In this document: positions 1 through 13,380 of the stretch, piece after piece
Position numbering within the stretch: the first letter of the stretch is position 1
Layout: the number at the start of each line of letters is the position of its first letter
Assembly (NCBI GenBank): GCA_043228905.1
Contig: JBHGNT010000010.1
Coordinates: forward strand, 13,702,001 to 13,766,000
Reading direction: 5' to 3'
DNA: 64,000 nt
Source of the DNA: Azolla caroliniana
Taxonomy: Eukaryota; Plantae; Polypodiophyta
Translations under genes and position numbers: made by a program
Notes under the pieces: model-generated
Told to the model about the DNA's origin: nothing
The model's database searches: none
Seen by the model: only the letters and a program-made list of their open reading frames with translations

Positions 1-1172
1 GGTACAACCTTACCACGGGATATTATATGGTCATGTAATCATTCCATTCTTTACACTCTCGTTTAACCCTCACACTTTATCCACGTGTATAGAATACTAC
101 GATACAATCTTAACATGGGATATTATATGGTCATGTTCGTAACAATAATTAGCAACCTCGTGTATTCAACCTAGATAGAAGGTATTTTTATGCCTCGCAT
201 TTCTAAGACATTGTCTAAATGTAAGTGCTCTAAATTAGCCCCGAGGTTGTGGACCTTTCAAAGTCCTCAAATGCATTAGTTCATTAATCTATTGTCTCGC
301 TCTTCTTGATGGTGTCAAAATCCATCCAAATTTTCATGTAAGTCATTTCGAAGTACTTCTTAGTTCTAACGATAATGTCGGTACAACTAAAACTCTAGTT
401 ACTCTTGAGAATTTAGCTTCGAAACCACATGTACAAGAGAAAATCTCTATGTTAAAACAAAACGCTTGCGGGTTTAAAATTAAATGGATGGATAAGTCTA
501 TTAAAGATGTTACATGGGAACACGCAAACACCACTAAAACTCATTTCCCTAACTTTTCATTGCAAGGGTGTAGTGTTTTAAAGAGGGGGAGGGGAGTATG
601 TTACGGGCATAACCATCCAATGGTAGTTTGTACTAAAGTTTTCTACGCACAAAGGTAAGAGTGTGAGGTTGAAAGGGAAGATTACTTTTAATCCTAGGGA
701 TTGAGACAACCCTTAAGAGCCAACTGTGAACTTGCCATGGACCCTTGGGTCTAGAACAATCTGCGGGTTTAAAATTAAATGGATGGATAAGTCTATTAAA
801 GATGTTACATGGGAACACGCAAACACCACTAAAACTCATTTCCCTAACTTTTCATTGCAAGGGTGTAGTGTTTTAAAACTCATTTCCCTTGGGTCTAGCT
901 ATAAATATGAGGCCTAGCTATCCTCATTAGGAATTATTCAACTACGTTGAGACTGTGATCTTATGGTGAACAGACTCCTGTGCCGCGTGAGAGCCAATAC
1001 CAAGTATGACGTGACGCCACAAAGATAGTATGGCACGCCATTCAAGGCACATGTTCATCTTGATCCCTTCGCTAAGGGATGGTCGGGTGGATCGACACCC
1101 TTTTCTCTCTTTGTATCTTTAGTATCTTATCTCTTCTTATTTTCAAGCTTACATTAGAATAAATCTCTAACA
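1..1172 (+). mobile_element. 3' end of a degenerate chromovirus (Ty3/gypsy): integrase tail, chromodomain, PPT and 3' LTR
   Basis: Frameshifted KLAPR..GPFKVL / IHPNFHVSH integrase motifs (~230-350). Chromodomain-like KIKWMDKSIKDVTWEH (449-580). PPT AAGAGGGGGAGGGGAG 581-596. LTR TGTTA(599)...TAACA(1172) with TATAAATA near 900; right end inferred from the inverted terminus only. Confidence 0.75.
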
Positions 1173-2121
1173 TATAACGGGCTCACTATTGTAGTGAGGA
1201 CAACAAGAGTGTTCTACATTGGTATGTTATAATACACTAGTTAATATTATATATGGAAGCAGTTTCTTGAAGGTGGCATATATGCTACCTATTCTAGAGA
1301 GAGGTATAGAGAGAAAAGAACATTCCATTTACATCTACCACAAATTTCAAGCATCAATCAAAATACAATCCAGTTCAAAGTGGTGCAACTAGGAATAGCA
1401 AACATTAACCCTTTTCATAAAAACTATGCTTACAAATGAGATTCAGATTCACAAACTCCTAATTCCAAATGCCATGAACCTTTATAATTTCATTTTTGTT
1501 TGTTGACTTTTTAGCAAGCAGTTAGTTGACAACCTTTGACGTACTTTGGAAAGATAGGAGATTTTTCTAGACTTGCAATGAACTTTACCAAGTACGTTGG
1601 TTGCAGTGGAAGGGTTTGCAGTTTTTTGGTAGCTACATGGCAACTTTTAAATCTCGTTTGGCACCCTCATCAATGTGCCTTGTACAACACATTGACATGT
1701 TCAGCTGATCATTTATTAATGAACAACGCAAGGCACGCCATCCATAATGATCTTTAGCAGGTTTCTAGAATGTATTTAGTTGTGCTTGGGTATACAAAGG
1801 CATCCAAATAACCTCCCAAACAAAAGAAACCATTTTCGTAGTTAATAAATGCTTTGGAAATTAAATTCTCTTATGAACAAATATATATACCAACTACAAG
1901 TTCATATAAAAAGGAATTCTAGAATAAACCCAACATCTAGAATGCCCAGTTTTCATATTTGAAAAACTTTTATGTATACCCTAGAAATACCCGAAAGATC
2001 TTAGGTAGGTAGTTTTATGTCTTAAAAAGTTGAATCCTTAAAGCTATTTAGCAAAATATACATTTTAAACTTTCAAATACAAATTGTCTGAAGACTGTCC
2101 ACTTTGAATATAAACACAACT

Positions 2122-2520
2122 CTAGCTAGCAAAGGAAATGACAGCATAAGCAATTACATGGAGACTCAGAATATAAGCCACAATCAAAGCTCGGAATGTT
2201 GTGTTTGTAAGTAGTTGGGATCCCATTTGCTTATTCCAAATTCTATGCACACAAAAGTTCTGAAATGTAACTGATATTTGCCTGAAACCCATTTGCAGAA
2301 AGGACATCGCGGTAAGCTTTGAATTTCTCCAATCCAATACTGCATCACTATGTCGAACATTGGAAAAAGCTGACAAGAATAATCCTGAACCACCCATTGC
2401 CTTTGTTCTCCTTGTATTGGAGTCTGCATTGGTCAGCTGAAGTTGGCGTCGACTTTCAGTCGCTTGACGGAGTTGACGCTCCAAAAGAAGTCGTTCTTTG
2501 GTCAAAGAATCTGCTTGCGC
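2122..2520 (-). CDS. Exon 6 (last) of coiled-coil tail-anchored protein; spliced CDS 1209 nt, 402 aa
   Basis: TTTTTGTAG acceptor, AQADSLTKER..., ends with hydrophobic FRALIVAYILSLHVIAYAVISFAS then TAG (C-terminal TM helix). Confidence 0.85.
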   Translation of the reverse strand, partial: AQADSLTKERLLLERQLRQATESRRQLQLTNADSNTRRTKAMGGSGLFLSAFSNVRHSDAVLDWRNSKLTAMSFLQMGFRQISVTFQNFCVHRIWNKQMGSQLLTNTTFRALIVAYILSLHVIAYAVISFAS

Positions 2521-2889
2521 CTACAAAAAGTTTGAAGATTTAGATTAAACTCATGTTTTTCTGCATAGGCTGGGTCTTCTGTTGTAGAAGAACATTCAAA
2601 CAAGGTGTGAGAAACAAGACACTAAATCATTGACACCACTAGGAAATTCTAATCAGAAGAGAGTAAGAGTTACAAAACTACAGCAGAAATTGGACAGGGA
2701 TCCCCCCAAATAGGTATTTCTTAATTGATCCAACTTTAATCAGAAGTCTATAAGAATAGAATGTTCAGCCAGCAGCACAACCAACACCAGTCTCACGGCC
2801 GACTTGCCCTGCAGTTAAAAAACCTAGTATCGTAAATCGTAAAGATAGTGACAGTATTTCAGCAAAACTAATTTCTGGGATGTTTCAAC

Positions 2890-3180
2890 ACATCAGAAAC
2901 CCTAATATCCAATAAGTAAACCAGATATCAGGAAGCTAATTTCTGATCAGTCAACAGAAATCTGATTCCTGAATCTGAAAACCAGATAGATATCAGGAAC
3001 CTACCCTGATTCCTGAAATCTGAAAACTAGATATCAGGAACATAATTTCAGATCATCCAACAGAAACCCTGATTCCTGAACTCTGAACATCACACATCAG
3101 AAATCCAATTTCTGATCAGCCAACAGAAACCCTGATTCCTGAACTCTGAACATCGCACATCAGAAATCCTAATTTCTATG
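2890..3180. repeat. Degenerate tandem repeat, ~60-bp unit, intronic
   Basis: Recurrent ATCAGAAA.CC.AATTTCTGATCAG.CAACAGAAACCCTGATTCCTGAA.TCTGAA, about 4-5 copies. Confidence 0.75.
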
Positions 3181-4559
3181 TTTTGGAAGAAGCACATAGA
3201 GGTTGCGCTCTCTTCTTGAGGAATGTTTCTCCTTGAAAAAGTTCTCGATTGAGGCCCCCAAAGCCTTCATCTACGGGGTAGAACTCCAAAACAGGCAAAC
3301 CCCTAATTTCTCTGATTAGAAGAAACAGAAGCATGATACAGATTGGTGTTCTCTTCATGGGGCATTTTTCTCCTTAAAATATCTCCATCGGGCAAACTCC
3401 CCCAAACTAAGTCTTTCTTCATGCTAGAACTCCCAAAAAGATCATTAGAATAACTCTACTCTTCTAGCATGACATGCTAAGGTTTCCCGGCAATAAAACC
3501 CACTTCAGATATTGTGTCATCACTCCTGGTATTTTTCCAAGAAAACATGTGTAATGGGCCTGACCCTAGGTTCCATTACCATGTTTTCATTCTTCTACGA
3601 AACATGTGGGGGAAAGCTAAGTTCCTACAAGCGAGTGGGAGCATGATGGAGAAAGCAGACATGAAGACCAAGATTAAATCTGATTGTAGACAAAAAGGGA
3701 CAACAAAGAGAAGACAGTAAGGACACGGTGAGATGTGAATTTCCTGTAAAAGTCTGATGGAGAATAAAACAGAGCTTTCCATAAGAATGGATTCTGCACC
3801 CAGAACATTTACATGTATGCATTTTAGTGTCTTGATGAGTTAATCCAATCCCAGTTTTTGTGTCCCAACAACAGTCCAGTGAGAAATGACATTCTGCTAT
3901 GTTTATCAAAATGTATGTGTGCATACATGGGTACCTTGTTGCCTGTGCTACTAACCCAATTAATAGCCCTCATTTTGGGTCATTGGGAGACTACATCCAT
4001 TCAAGTACTCTAAGTTGGGTCCTGCATAAAGTCTCATTTCTTGCTTCTCTGTGATATGTGTTGAAACTGCACTCATGCATAGGTATAATTAACATTGATC
4101 TCTAGGAAACCTAAAGTGTATGAATAACCAAACACTGCTCACAGTTTTAATGCCAATTTGTCTCATAGGATGCTTTTATACTTTAATTGACATCAATCTG
4201 TCTTTATCTTGTTCTTTTCTCTAATTGGATTGACATTATGAAATGGTTGTAAAGATGAGGGGTAAAAGATCTATTTGAGCTCGCAAGTGATGCTGTGAAG
4301 TATGCGGTCATTGAGGATAGATTAAAAAAGGCACAACAGTTAAGTGGCAAGATACTAAAATGTCAAAGTTAGAAAATTACATTGCAAATATTAACCCCCA
4401 ACGTTGACCCCAATACAAGATAAAAATGCTACATTGTACCTAACCACATCTTACTACCCCAATGAGCCTTTACTTTCAGAGAGCCTAAGCATTTCTTCAA
4501 ACCCACTCACACAAGTTAGGTGCTGAGGCATCATCACCCAAGCATGAGGATATGCACCT

Positions 4560-6045
4560 TACGTAATTAAAAACTAGTGGCGGATGAATATCACTTGCAC
4601 TTCTCATGCTCAACATATAAGGTAATTCACAAGTATGTTTACTTATTAGACAGGCATAATTGTTTAAGTCTCATAGTCAAATCTGCATCAAGAAGGGTGA
4701 GCACAAATGTGCATGCATTACTTTCACATAAAGCGTCTTTATTACAAAGTAGTAATCATAGGCCAAAATTGGCCTCCTCATGGACGATAAAATCTGTATA
4801 TGGGTGGTAGCATCCCTAAATCTACTTGGAAAGAATTTGAAAATGTCCAAAAGCATTTCCTTATAAAGTTTCTCCAAGTCAAGAAACAAATGTCAAAAAG
4901 GGATCACTTCCCATTGAGATCATGGCCATGAAAAAGGTTCTCAAATACATGCCTAAGGTTCAAAAAAGTTCCTAGAATCACATGGGAAGCATGCAAAAAA
5001 GATCCAAAAGATGCATAAAGCAAAATGTTGTCTTACTGTTGGATGCAAGATATGGAAAAATGGTTTGGACAGTGGATGCAACACTATCTTAATTATCCAT
5101 CACTAGATTCCTCGGTAAATAAGGCCTTTTTGCAACACCAATGTATCATGACATGGGAAAAATGTGGAGGCTCACACTTCACACATTATAGTACACATGT
5201 TGCACCTAACTGTAAAACCATATTCTTTGTCGAACAAGGAAACCATACACATCGATACATGTTAGAGACCATCCCGTTGTCTACCATCTGAACCATTGCT
5301 TCCATGCGTCTAGCTCACATGCATTGTGATGTGAGATAGGGCATTGTGGCACAAGTGATGAGAGTGGTCAACTATACACACTTTTCTAGAAACAAGTTCA
5401 AGAGTTTAAGTATTACACATTGACACAATGCTTTGCCTTTGATCACGTAGACTTCCTAGAAGCACATGGGAACCAAGCAAAAAATCCAAATGATACATAA
5501 AAGCAAAAATTTTTGTTCCGGTTGGATGCAAGCTATGGAAAAATGGTTTGGACAATGGGATGCAACACGCTTGTTTGATGATGCATCACGAGATTCCTCT
5601 GTAAATGAGACCTTTTTCCAACACCATGTATCATGACATGGGAGAAATGTAGAGGCTCATGCTTCACAGATTGTACTACATATGTTATACTTAACTACAA
5701 AACCATATTCTTTGCCGAATGGGGAAACCGTACGCATCGATACATGTTAGAGTCCATCCCGTTGTTTGCCATACAAACCATTGTTTCCATGCAGCTTAGC
5801 TCACACGCAATGCGATGTGAGAGAGGTCGTTGGGGCACAAGTAATGAGAGTAGTCAACAATGCACACTTTTACCGAAACAAGTTCTAGAGTCTAAGTATC
5901 ATACTTTGTACAATGTTGTGCCTTTGATCACATTCAACTGTGCTCTTTTTACAAGACCTGTGATGTAATATTTTTGATCTGATGAGTCATATTTGACCTC
6001 CAAAGACGATAGTAAAATCTATCTATCAACCTATCTATCTGTCTC
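4560..6045 (+). mobile_element. Degenerate LINE ORF2 3'-end fragments, including a ~485-bp diverged tandem pair and an (ATCT)n tail
   Basis: C-terminal Cys/His motif (SMQLSSHAMRCERGRWG..C....KQVLESKYHTL; ADEYHLHFSC). ~4965-5450 aligns with ~5450-5935. TAGTAAAATCTATCTATC tail at ~6010-6040. Confidence 0.6.
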
Positions 6046-6089
6046 ACACACACATACAGATTTGAACACCCAATTGAGGACCCTAAGAA

Positions 6090-8380
6090 GGTACAAAAGA
6101 AGAAAACGAAGGGATGAGAGCACCCCGGATAGTGCTCGTAGGATGCACAAGGCACCCAAAATGGAGATTCCATTAGATGTTCAAGAGAGGAAAGGTGATC
6201 TCTTATGCCATTTGATTACACAGGAGATCAGTCTATGAAAGATGACATAAAAAGAGCCTTAATATAGGAAATGCAAAAGGAGATAGTGAAACAGAAAGAA
6301 AGTTGCTTGAATCTCTCAAGAAGGAGTTATTAGAAATCATACGAAAAGACATCACAAGTCTTGTAAAAAAATCAAACATGAAGCTCAAGAACGATATGGA
6401 GCAAGTACCTAAAGGATGAAATATCCTCAAATAAGGTCGAACTAGTAACTAGTAATGTCAATTTACAGAGAGGACAAGTAGTGAAAAAATGCATCAGCAC
6501 ACTTAAAGCCAATGTACATAAGGAAATGCAAACATGGGCAGAGATTGTCAAAGCTCAAGCCAAGCATGCTCAAAAAGAAATTAAAGCAACCACTCCCTTG
6601 ATCGAGGTAGCGAAAACGAAAGAGGCAAAAAGCAAAATCGATGGATAAGCTGAAAATGATGGACAATAAATCAGAAGAAGACAGCAAAAGGAAAGCTTGT
6701 GCATTGCACGTACATGTGGTTAGTGGGGCTAAAGGGAGAAGCACACAAGAAGATGCCAAGAGTCAAGGAACAAGCGTAGGGGCATTAGATATTCCATTTG
6801 ATTCAGCATGGAGGGTAAGACGAGATGAGACTAGAGTTAACGCCTTGATCATCCACTTCATGGATATGAAAAAGGAAAAAACTTCCGATCTAAGAGAAGC
6901 ACACTCAATGGTGACAAAATAGATTTAGATGACGATCTCACTCCATATCAAGTAGTACTCACAAAGAAAACATGTCATGAGTGTTGGATGCAAGAAAGGA
7001 AGGAAAATGGTTGTATATAGAGATGGAAAGGTCCTTATTACAAAGAAGAGAGTTGCATCATAGTACGATGTATGGCCTATGAGACCTTATGCATGACTAT
7101 ATAGAATTGCAATGGTTCTCAAAGGATAGATGTTGGGTATATGGAAGATAGTTTCAAAAACACAGATATCGCTCTATATGTAAAGACCACCACATGCATG
7201 GGTTGCATGCCTTTTGGGCCCAGAATTGCTAGTAAACTGCCTAATGTACAAGGACATAGATGGGAGTCGGTATGTTGTCCCCAACCGCAGATACCACGAA
7301 GCATTAGAGGCTCCGAAGGAGTGGTTGTGCAATACAAAAAGTAGCTCCGTGGTAGAGTGTATGGTGTGCATAAGGATATAGATGCACTTCATATGTAAAT
7401 ATGAATCAAAAGAGGAGATCTTAGGGAACTATACATTGCAATTTACTACTTTCCACCTGCCTACTCGAGGATTGAACCTCTCAAAGAATCACCATATCTA
7501 CCAATATAATATCATAAGATTTGCTGCTATGTGGGATATAGTACTATTAGACGACTTCCATGCACGAACAAAGGATGAACAAACAGCTATGATTGACACC
7601 ATTGAGGCTATATATGGAGAAGTTATGGTAGAAGAAGTTGGCTAAAGCAACAAGCTCAAGATATGAGTGAAGTAACAAAATATGTCAAAACACTTTCTAG
7701 CCTTGGGAAGAGCAGATGGATTTGTGATATATAATGAGTTGTCACAATGGCCCAAATCAGATGCTTTGACATGTTGGAACCCAAAAGGAGGGGCAAAGCA
7801 CAATCGGTTACCTGATGGGATCTCCATCTCTTATATCTGAAAATAACAAAGTTCATGATTTCTGGTAGACCTATTGGCTTGGCAGCAGGTCACGCATACC
7901 TATGCTTTGAGGTGAAGGATGGATGCGCAAGGGATGCATGTGCTAAGACAGACAGTGGGCTGGCTAAATACCAATTTACTGGGGAGACCGTTCACGCGTA
8001 TAGTTGTGGCGTATACAATGGCACGCTTGAATTGGATCCTTTCGCACCCCTCAACGAAGTTACACAAGCATTGTTAGAGTTATTGCATAACGCAACCACT
8101 AATGCCTTTCCCTACACAATAGGAAATGCAACCAAACCTCGTCCAGCCATACAAAATTGTTGGTATGATGATGCAAGTCGCGATACAAGGGCATGATGCA
8201 ATGCCAAAAAAACTGGGGGATTTAAACACAAACAAGCAAGAGCAACATTCCAACTCCTTGTGAACAAGAACAGGAGATCATGTTTAGCTAAATTTGTAGC
8301 AGATGTGTATTGCTTGTTACCTGAAAAAGAGAGTAAAATAGGATGGAAAATTTTTAATGACTGCCAACTGGTCAACTAAG
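6090..8380 (+). mobile_element. Degenerate LINE 5' part: ORF1-like region and APE endonuclease of ORF2
   Basis: Coiled-coil/RRM-like ORF1 fragments (6641-6922). APE-like DIVLLDDFHART (GDFNAR-type) at ~7535-7570 and DALTCW motif. Many stops and frameshifts. Confidence 0.6.
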
Positions 8381-8514
8381 CAAGATCTTTTGGTCTCACT
8401 AGTGGAAAGAGATCCATATATCTATCCAAAATCCAGCAGTCAATCTCATTTCCAATCAATACATTCAGAGGCCATCATTTCAATTTTCAACTGGACCAAC
8501 AACAGACCACATAC

Positions 8515-8579
8515 TTGCTTTGAAACTAGCTGCTCAGCGAGGCTCCTTAACCTACGCTCCAGATCCTTCTCTCGTTGTA
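8515..8579 (-). CDS. Exon 5 of coiled-coil tail-anchored protein
   Basis: CAG/GTATGT, 65 nt restores phase 0, VQREKDLERRLRSLAEQLVSKQ. Confidence 0.85.
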
Positions 8580-8656
8580 CTGCAGTACCAGAAAGATAGC
8601 ATCAGGAAAATGTGAGTTTCATTCCAATAAACACTACTTTCAACTTATCATCTTAC

Positions 8657-8738
8657 CAGCTGAAGGCAGTTTTGTAGAATTTTGAACAAGTGTCCTCCAC
8701 TCTTGTTCCAATATCGCAAGCTTGTCTTCCCATGTTTT
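8657..8738 (-). CDS. Exon 4 of coiled-coil tail-anchored protein
   Basis: AG...GTAAGA, 82 nt, KTWEDKLAILEQEWRTLVQNSTKLPSA, ends in phase 1. Confidence 0.85.
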
Positions 8739-8893
8739 CTAGAAACCGGAAGGCAATCGGTTATGAATAAATTTCTGAATACTTTAGCACATCCACAAGG
8801 GCCACTATGGACACCTCATTTCAGCTGAAATTAATGTACATATGTAGCCCAAGTATCAAATCAAGATGCAGTTGACAACTATGGGACACATAC

Positions 8894-9070
8894 AAGTTCA
8901 GCTCTGGTTCTCTGTAACTCCTCTCCTTCCATTAATGCCTTGTCACTTGAAGACATCTGAGTATCTACTTTGCCTTCTTCAAAGGTCGACTGAAATGAAT
9001 GATCTATTTGGGAAGAATTTTCTATGTGCACAAGTTTGCCGTTCAGCAATGCCAATTCCTTTTCCAACTC
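8894..9070 (-). CDS. Exon 3 of coiled-coil tail-anchored protein
   Basis: AG/GT boundaries, 177 nt, ELEKELALL...QRTRAEL, phase 0. Confidence 0.8.
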
Positions 9071-9159
9071 CTAATCAAGGTAGACATTCAAAAACAAAGC
9101 TGCACCTTAAATGCTGCTATACTTTCAAAAAGTCCAACAATTTGACGCAGCAATCAAAC

Positions 9160-9282
9160 CTGTAAATGGCTTTCAAGTTGTCTTCTCTCTTGTGCTTTCT
9201 CTTGGATTTGCTTCTGTACCCATGTAATTGCCTTTGCATAGGCTGCATTTTCTTCTAGTAAAGATGCTTCCCTATTTTGTGC
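9160..9282 (-). CDS. Exon 2 of coiled-coil tail-anchored protein
   Basis: AG/GT boundaries, 123 nt, AQNREASLLEENAAYAKAITWVQKQIQEKAQERRQLESHLQ, in frame. Confidence 0.85.
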
Positions 9283-10066
9283 CTACAATTTCATGTTCAG
9301 TAGTCAATCCATCATATATTAATAATGTCTGTGAAACATGTTAGGACGTTTTAACACAAATCATTTGAGATTTCAGTCTTGTATTACAAGAAGCTGAGAG
9401 CACAAAAGGCACCTTTCATTCAGTTTGATGAAACTTAGTGTAAAAGATATTCATTAAATGAAGAGTCATAAAGTGTCCTCTCCAAGGTAAAAGTCCCGTC
9501 CAAAATGGCCCCTCAACTCCATACATTCTGATATCTTACCAGCTCTGGATGTGGATGTGGATGTGGATGTGGATGTGGGTCTCTTAAAGCACTTGTGTTC
9601 TTTCCACAAGAATACCCGATTTTGAATTCAAATTGAATATTAAGAATTTAATATCTTGGCCTGGGAGCTAGCGGGGATGTAAGCACTCAACAACCTGATC
9701 AAAGTTGAGTTCTTCTGACAATAGCACGATCTGGAAAAGAGATGCATTTTTTAGAAGGGTTTTTTCTTAATACCTGTCTTTATTTGAGGATGTCAGGGTA
9801 TAGCACCTCTAGTTTAAAATCTGGTGCTTGCTATAATCCAGTTGTCACACCAACTAAAGGGATCACATTTCAGTTTCTTTGTTTTGCTCATACGTAGATG
9901 TGTTATATAAAAATGAAACGCAAAACCTTCCTCCAATGCATGTTAAAGTGGCAGGATAAACAACTTTTCCAAGTCAAATCAAACTGTCCCCGAACATGTA
10001 TGGAAAGCATTAGAAATTTACCCCTTTCCCCCAATCGCAAATAATAAAGAAGATTGGGATGTATAC

Positions 10067-10429
10067 CTCTTTTTGGGTGGCCTGGTGAGCGTTCAGTTCG
10101 GAGGTGAGGGCAGAGTGGGCGGCAAGGGAGTCGGCATGGAGCTGTGGCAAGCTCCAGCCACGTGAGGAGGAGGTGTCAGGGGGCGGGATGCGTCGACGAA
10201 GCTGCTGGATCGCTTGCTGCAGGACCACCGCACGACCATCCAACATGCCTACTTCCTCCTGCTCCTCTGCGCTCAATTGGGTGTGGGTGTGGGTGTGGGT
10301 GTGGGTGTGGGTGTAGAGAGAGAGAGAAGAAGAAGAAGAAGCAGAAGAGCGCCGTCCATCTTCTTCTCCTCCCTGAGGACTCCCATTCCCTGCTACAACA
10401 TCCGCAGCCCATGCCAAGAGACCCGCCAT
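10067..10429 (-). CDS. Exon 1 of conserved plant coiled-coil, tail-anchored (golgin-like) protein, MAGLLAWAADVV family
   Basis: ATG 10429; MAGLLAWAADVV..LRRRIPPPD..LHADSLA..LNAH matches a conserved uncharacterised land-plant protein I recall; GT donor at 10066; 363 nt. Confidence 0.85.
10278..10345. repeat. Coding microsatellites (GGGTGT)n, (GA)n, (GAA)n giving His-Thr and poly-Ser runs
   Basis: Direct read; encodes SSSSSLSLYTHTHTHTHTHT in exon 1. Confidence 0.9.
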
Positions 10430-10539
10430 CGTACAGAACAGATTGGATGGTCTTGTTCAGAGAACACAACGCGATGGATGTGTTTCTTCTTCTTCTGATC
10501 ATCAACGTCATGGGATGGGCAGCGGGCCGTATGGTATGT

Positions 10540-10592
10540 TATGTATGTATGTATGTATGTATGTATGTATGTATGTATACATGCATGTATGT
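10540..10592. repeat. (ATGT)n microsatellite upstream of the gene
   Basis: Direct read. Confidence 0.9.
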
Positions 10593-11039
10593 ATTTTGTT
10601 CGGACATGCAGGACGCTCGTGACTAACTACTACCAAAAATTTAAGAGGGCAAGTGAGGGAATCGCGGGCGCGGACGGTGCAGGTCGCAGCGCTGATGGCG
10701 CGTTCGATCTCCACCGTCCAATGTGGATAAAAAGCTGCCAACGTCTATCACTAGGAGCCTAACTCTGTCACAAGGAGCCCCGCTATTTGATAGCCTCTGT
10801 CACCAGGAGCCCGACTTAGAAACAAACATCAAAAAATTGTAAGTGTACAACAAATATTTGCCATGAAAATGATACCTAAAATTACTCAAAAAAACCTAAA
10901 CTTCCAATTGCTCTCAAAACCTAAAATTTAAAACTCAAAAATCCCACAAAGTTATATCTCCAAGCTTCAAATAACAAATCAACTTAAAGATTCAAATAAA
11001 AAGTCTTACATAAAATATTAGAACGTCAAATATTGATAA

Positions 11040-13370
11040 TGGGAATAAGCCAAGCCTTCGAACCCTAAAATGAAATATGAATACACATATTGCATATAAC
11101 AATTATGGCTCATGTCTGGATGATGGCAAAATGCAACCACAATTTTTACAACATGTAACAATCGAGTCTCTTGAAGTCAAGGTCAAGCCATCACAATGCA
11201 AACACCGAACCTTCTCATGGTCACATATTGGCAATCGCCTCCTAGCCCAACTTGCACCTCTTCGTAGTTTTCCAGTGTGGGATTTGGAAGTGTTTGGGGA
11301 GCTGCCAATAAGTTCTTGCGAGAGATGTCTATTGTTGCGCTTCTTTTGGCACCGATTTGTTGGTTACGACTTATTGATCTACCATCTTCTTCATTGGTTG
11401 ATCTTGGTGCACCAACACGATACACCTTCTCGGTCATATATATCCAATGTTTGTATATATATGTTTGTCATTGCTTGTACCACTCTACGACCGTTCCTCT
11501 GATGCAAGTGCATGTTTCACTATCCCCGATAAAGACATGCATAAGTTCGGTAATTGATTGGTTTATTCTTCCTCTCAAGGTAGTATATTTGATAAACTAC
11601 CAATGTCTTTCTGCAATATTGGTAGTGTCAACATGTCCGTAGTTGAACATTCTACCAAACTTGGGCCAGAGTTTCCTCCACACACATGTCAAACCACACC
11701 ATCCTCCTTTTATATATTGTCAAACATTGGGCTTGTCTGCATATTCTACCTTTAACTCCTCACACATCGCATTGAATGCGGATTCAGTAATGCATTGCAT
11801 CATTTGGCACATTCATTCATAAAGAAGGCTTCTCTCAATTGCACTTACTTTTGGCGTTAAACTGACACAACAAAAGTCGACAATGTGTTTGTGAGTGCCC
11901 ATTTACAACAATCCAAGATTGACTGTCTGTTGCAACCACATTAGTTTTGGCATTATATGATGTCCAACATTCATCAATCACTATCGCATTTGGCCTCACC
12001 GTGGGCATCCTTGCGAATATAAGTCTCGAGCAAGTTTCTAATGCGACTTGATTTTTGAGGATTTCAAATAGAATCTTCAACTCCCCATATAACATTATTG
12101 TATATTACTTTGTGTACCTTAGTGCAGTGTTCATAGAGCCTATCTTCTTCATTATAGACTTGTTAGGGCGTATGCAACACTAGCAGAGCATGATTTCAAC
12201 ACTAGGAGAGCATCTGCTCCCCCATGTTAATATCATAAATTGATGAAAAAGCTCATCTAAGAAGACCCCCAACCAAGAAACAGGCTTTTACTAAAGCATT
12301 GCATACACAATTTATATAGGTATGAATCTAAAAGCTTAAAAAATAGAAGGCTTAATACATTATCTCAAACTCCTCAAGTCATGGCACTCCACATTGAATA
12401 AGATTCACATTGAATCATATACAACCAAAATGAGATTCAAATATTGATTTGATATTACAAAATTAACCATATTGATATGGCCAAGAATACAAAAAAGGTT
12501 GGCCACCTTGATTCCAAAGGCTGGAAACCGCAAGGTAGTACATCAAGATCATATATTTGATGTTACAAAGTACAACTCTAAATGATTAAAATAACCCTAA
12601 CCCAGAGTCCTTCGTGCCCATTTTGCCATGATTTTCCGAAGGAGCTCCACGTCTTCAAATCCAAACCATTGCTCCTTACCCTACACCACAAGATGCCATC
12701 AACCCTAAACCCTTCTGTAAGTGAGCCTCCATCTCAGCTTTCTTACGAAACTATCGTACCTCTTTTCTACATGAATCTCCAACAATACATGTGCGACATT
12801 TGATACTTGTTGAGTCTCTTCCAAACTTGAAAAGGGACATAGGGTCCACTACAACATTGGTGTGGCATTTGCATTAGAAAAACCCAATATATACTTTCTT
12901 CAATAATGATTACAAGAATGTACATCAGCTCACCATTTAGTTTCAACAAATGGGCCCATGTCGTGTATGGGGTTCGTATCCATGTTCGAGTCATTCTTAG
13001 GCTTTTCCGTAATGATGTCTTCACTATCAATATCGTTGGATTTGGGGCACCTACCACCCTTTCTTACAAAAACCCTAAACCATCATTCAAGTTAGCACAC
13101 AAACATCACTATTTATACGCAATATATAGTTGAGAAATGATTCAGGCTATACCTCCCTTCATAGGGTATTGTTTCACCCTAATCCGCATCAAAGTCTATG
13201 AAGGTCTTGGACCGACTAGCCATCTGTACAAACCACATGCCATTTTCAATAACCACCGATATGTCCATTGCATTCAAGTTCAAATTTCACAATCCAAGCA
13301 CACTAAGAAATTGTCAGATGCATGCAACAATTTTTTATTGATATAGCTAAATAATTGGGAGGAAACAAGT
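11040..13370 (-). pseudogene. Degenerate Mutator-like (MULE) transposase
   Basis: Minus-strand PNAIVIDECWTSYNA..CRLLLCQFNAK (11835-12095) and YIKGGW....VWRKLWPKFGRMFNYGHVDTTNIAERHW*FIKY (~11590-11720) are MULE DDE signatures. Boundaries uncertain. Confidence 0.65.
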
Positions 13371-13380
13371 CCATATATAA

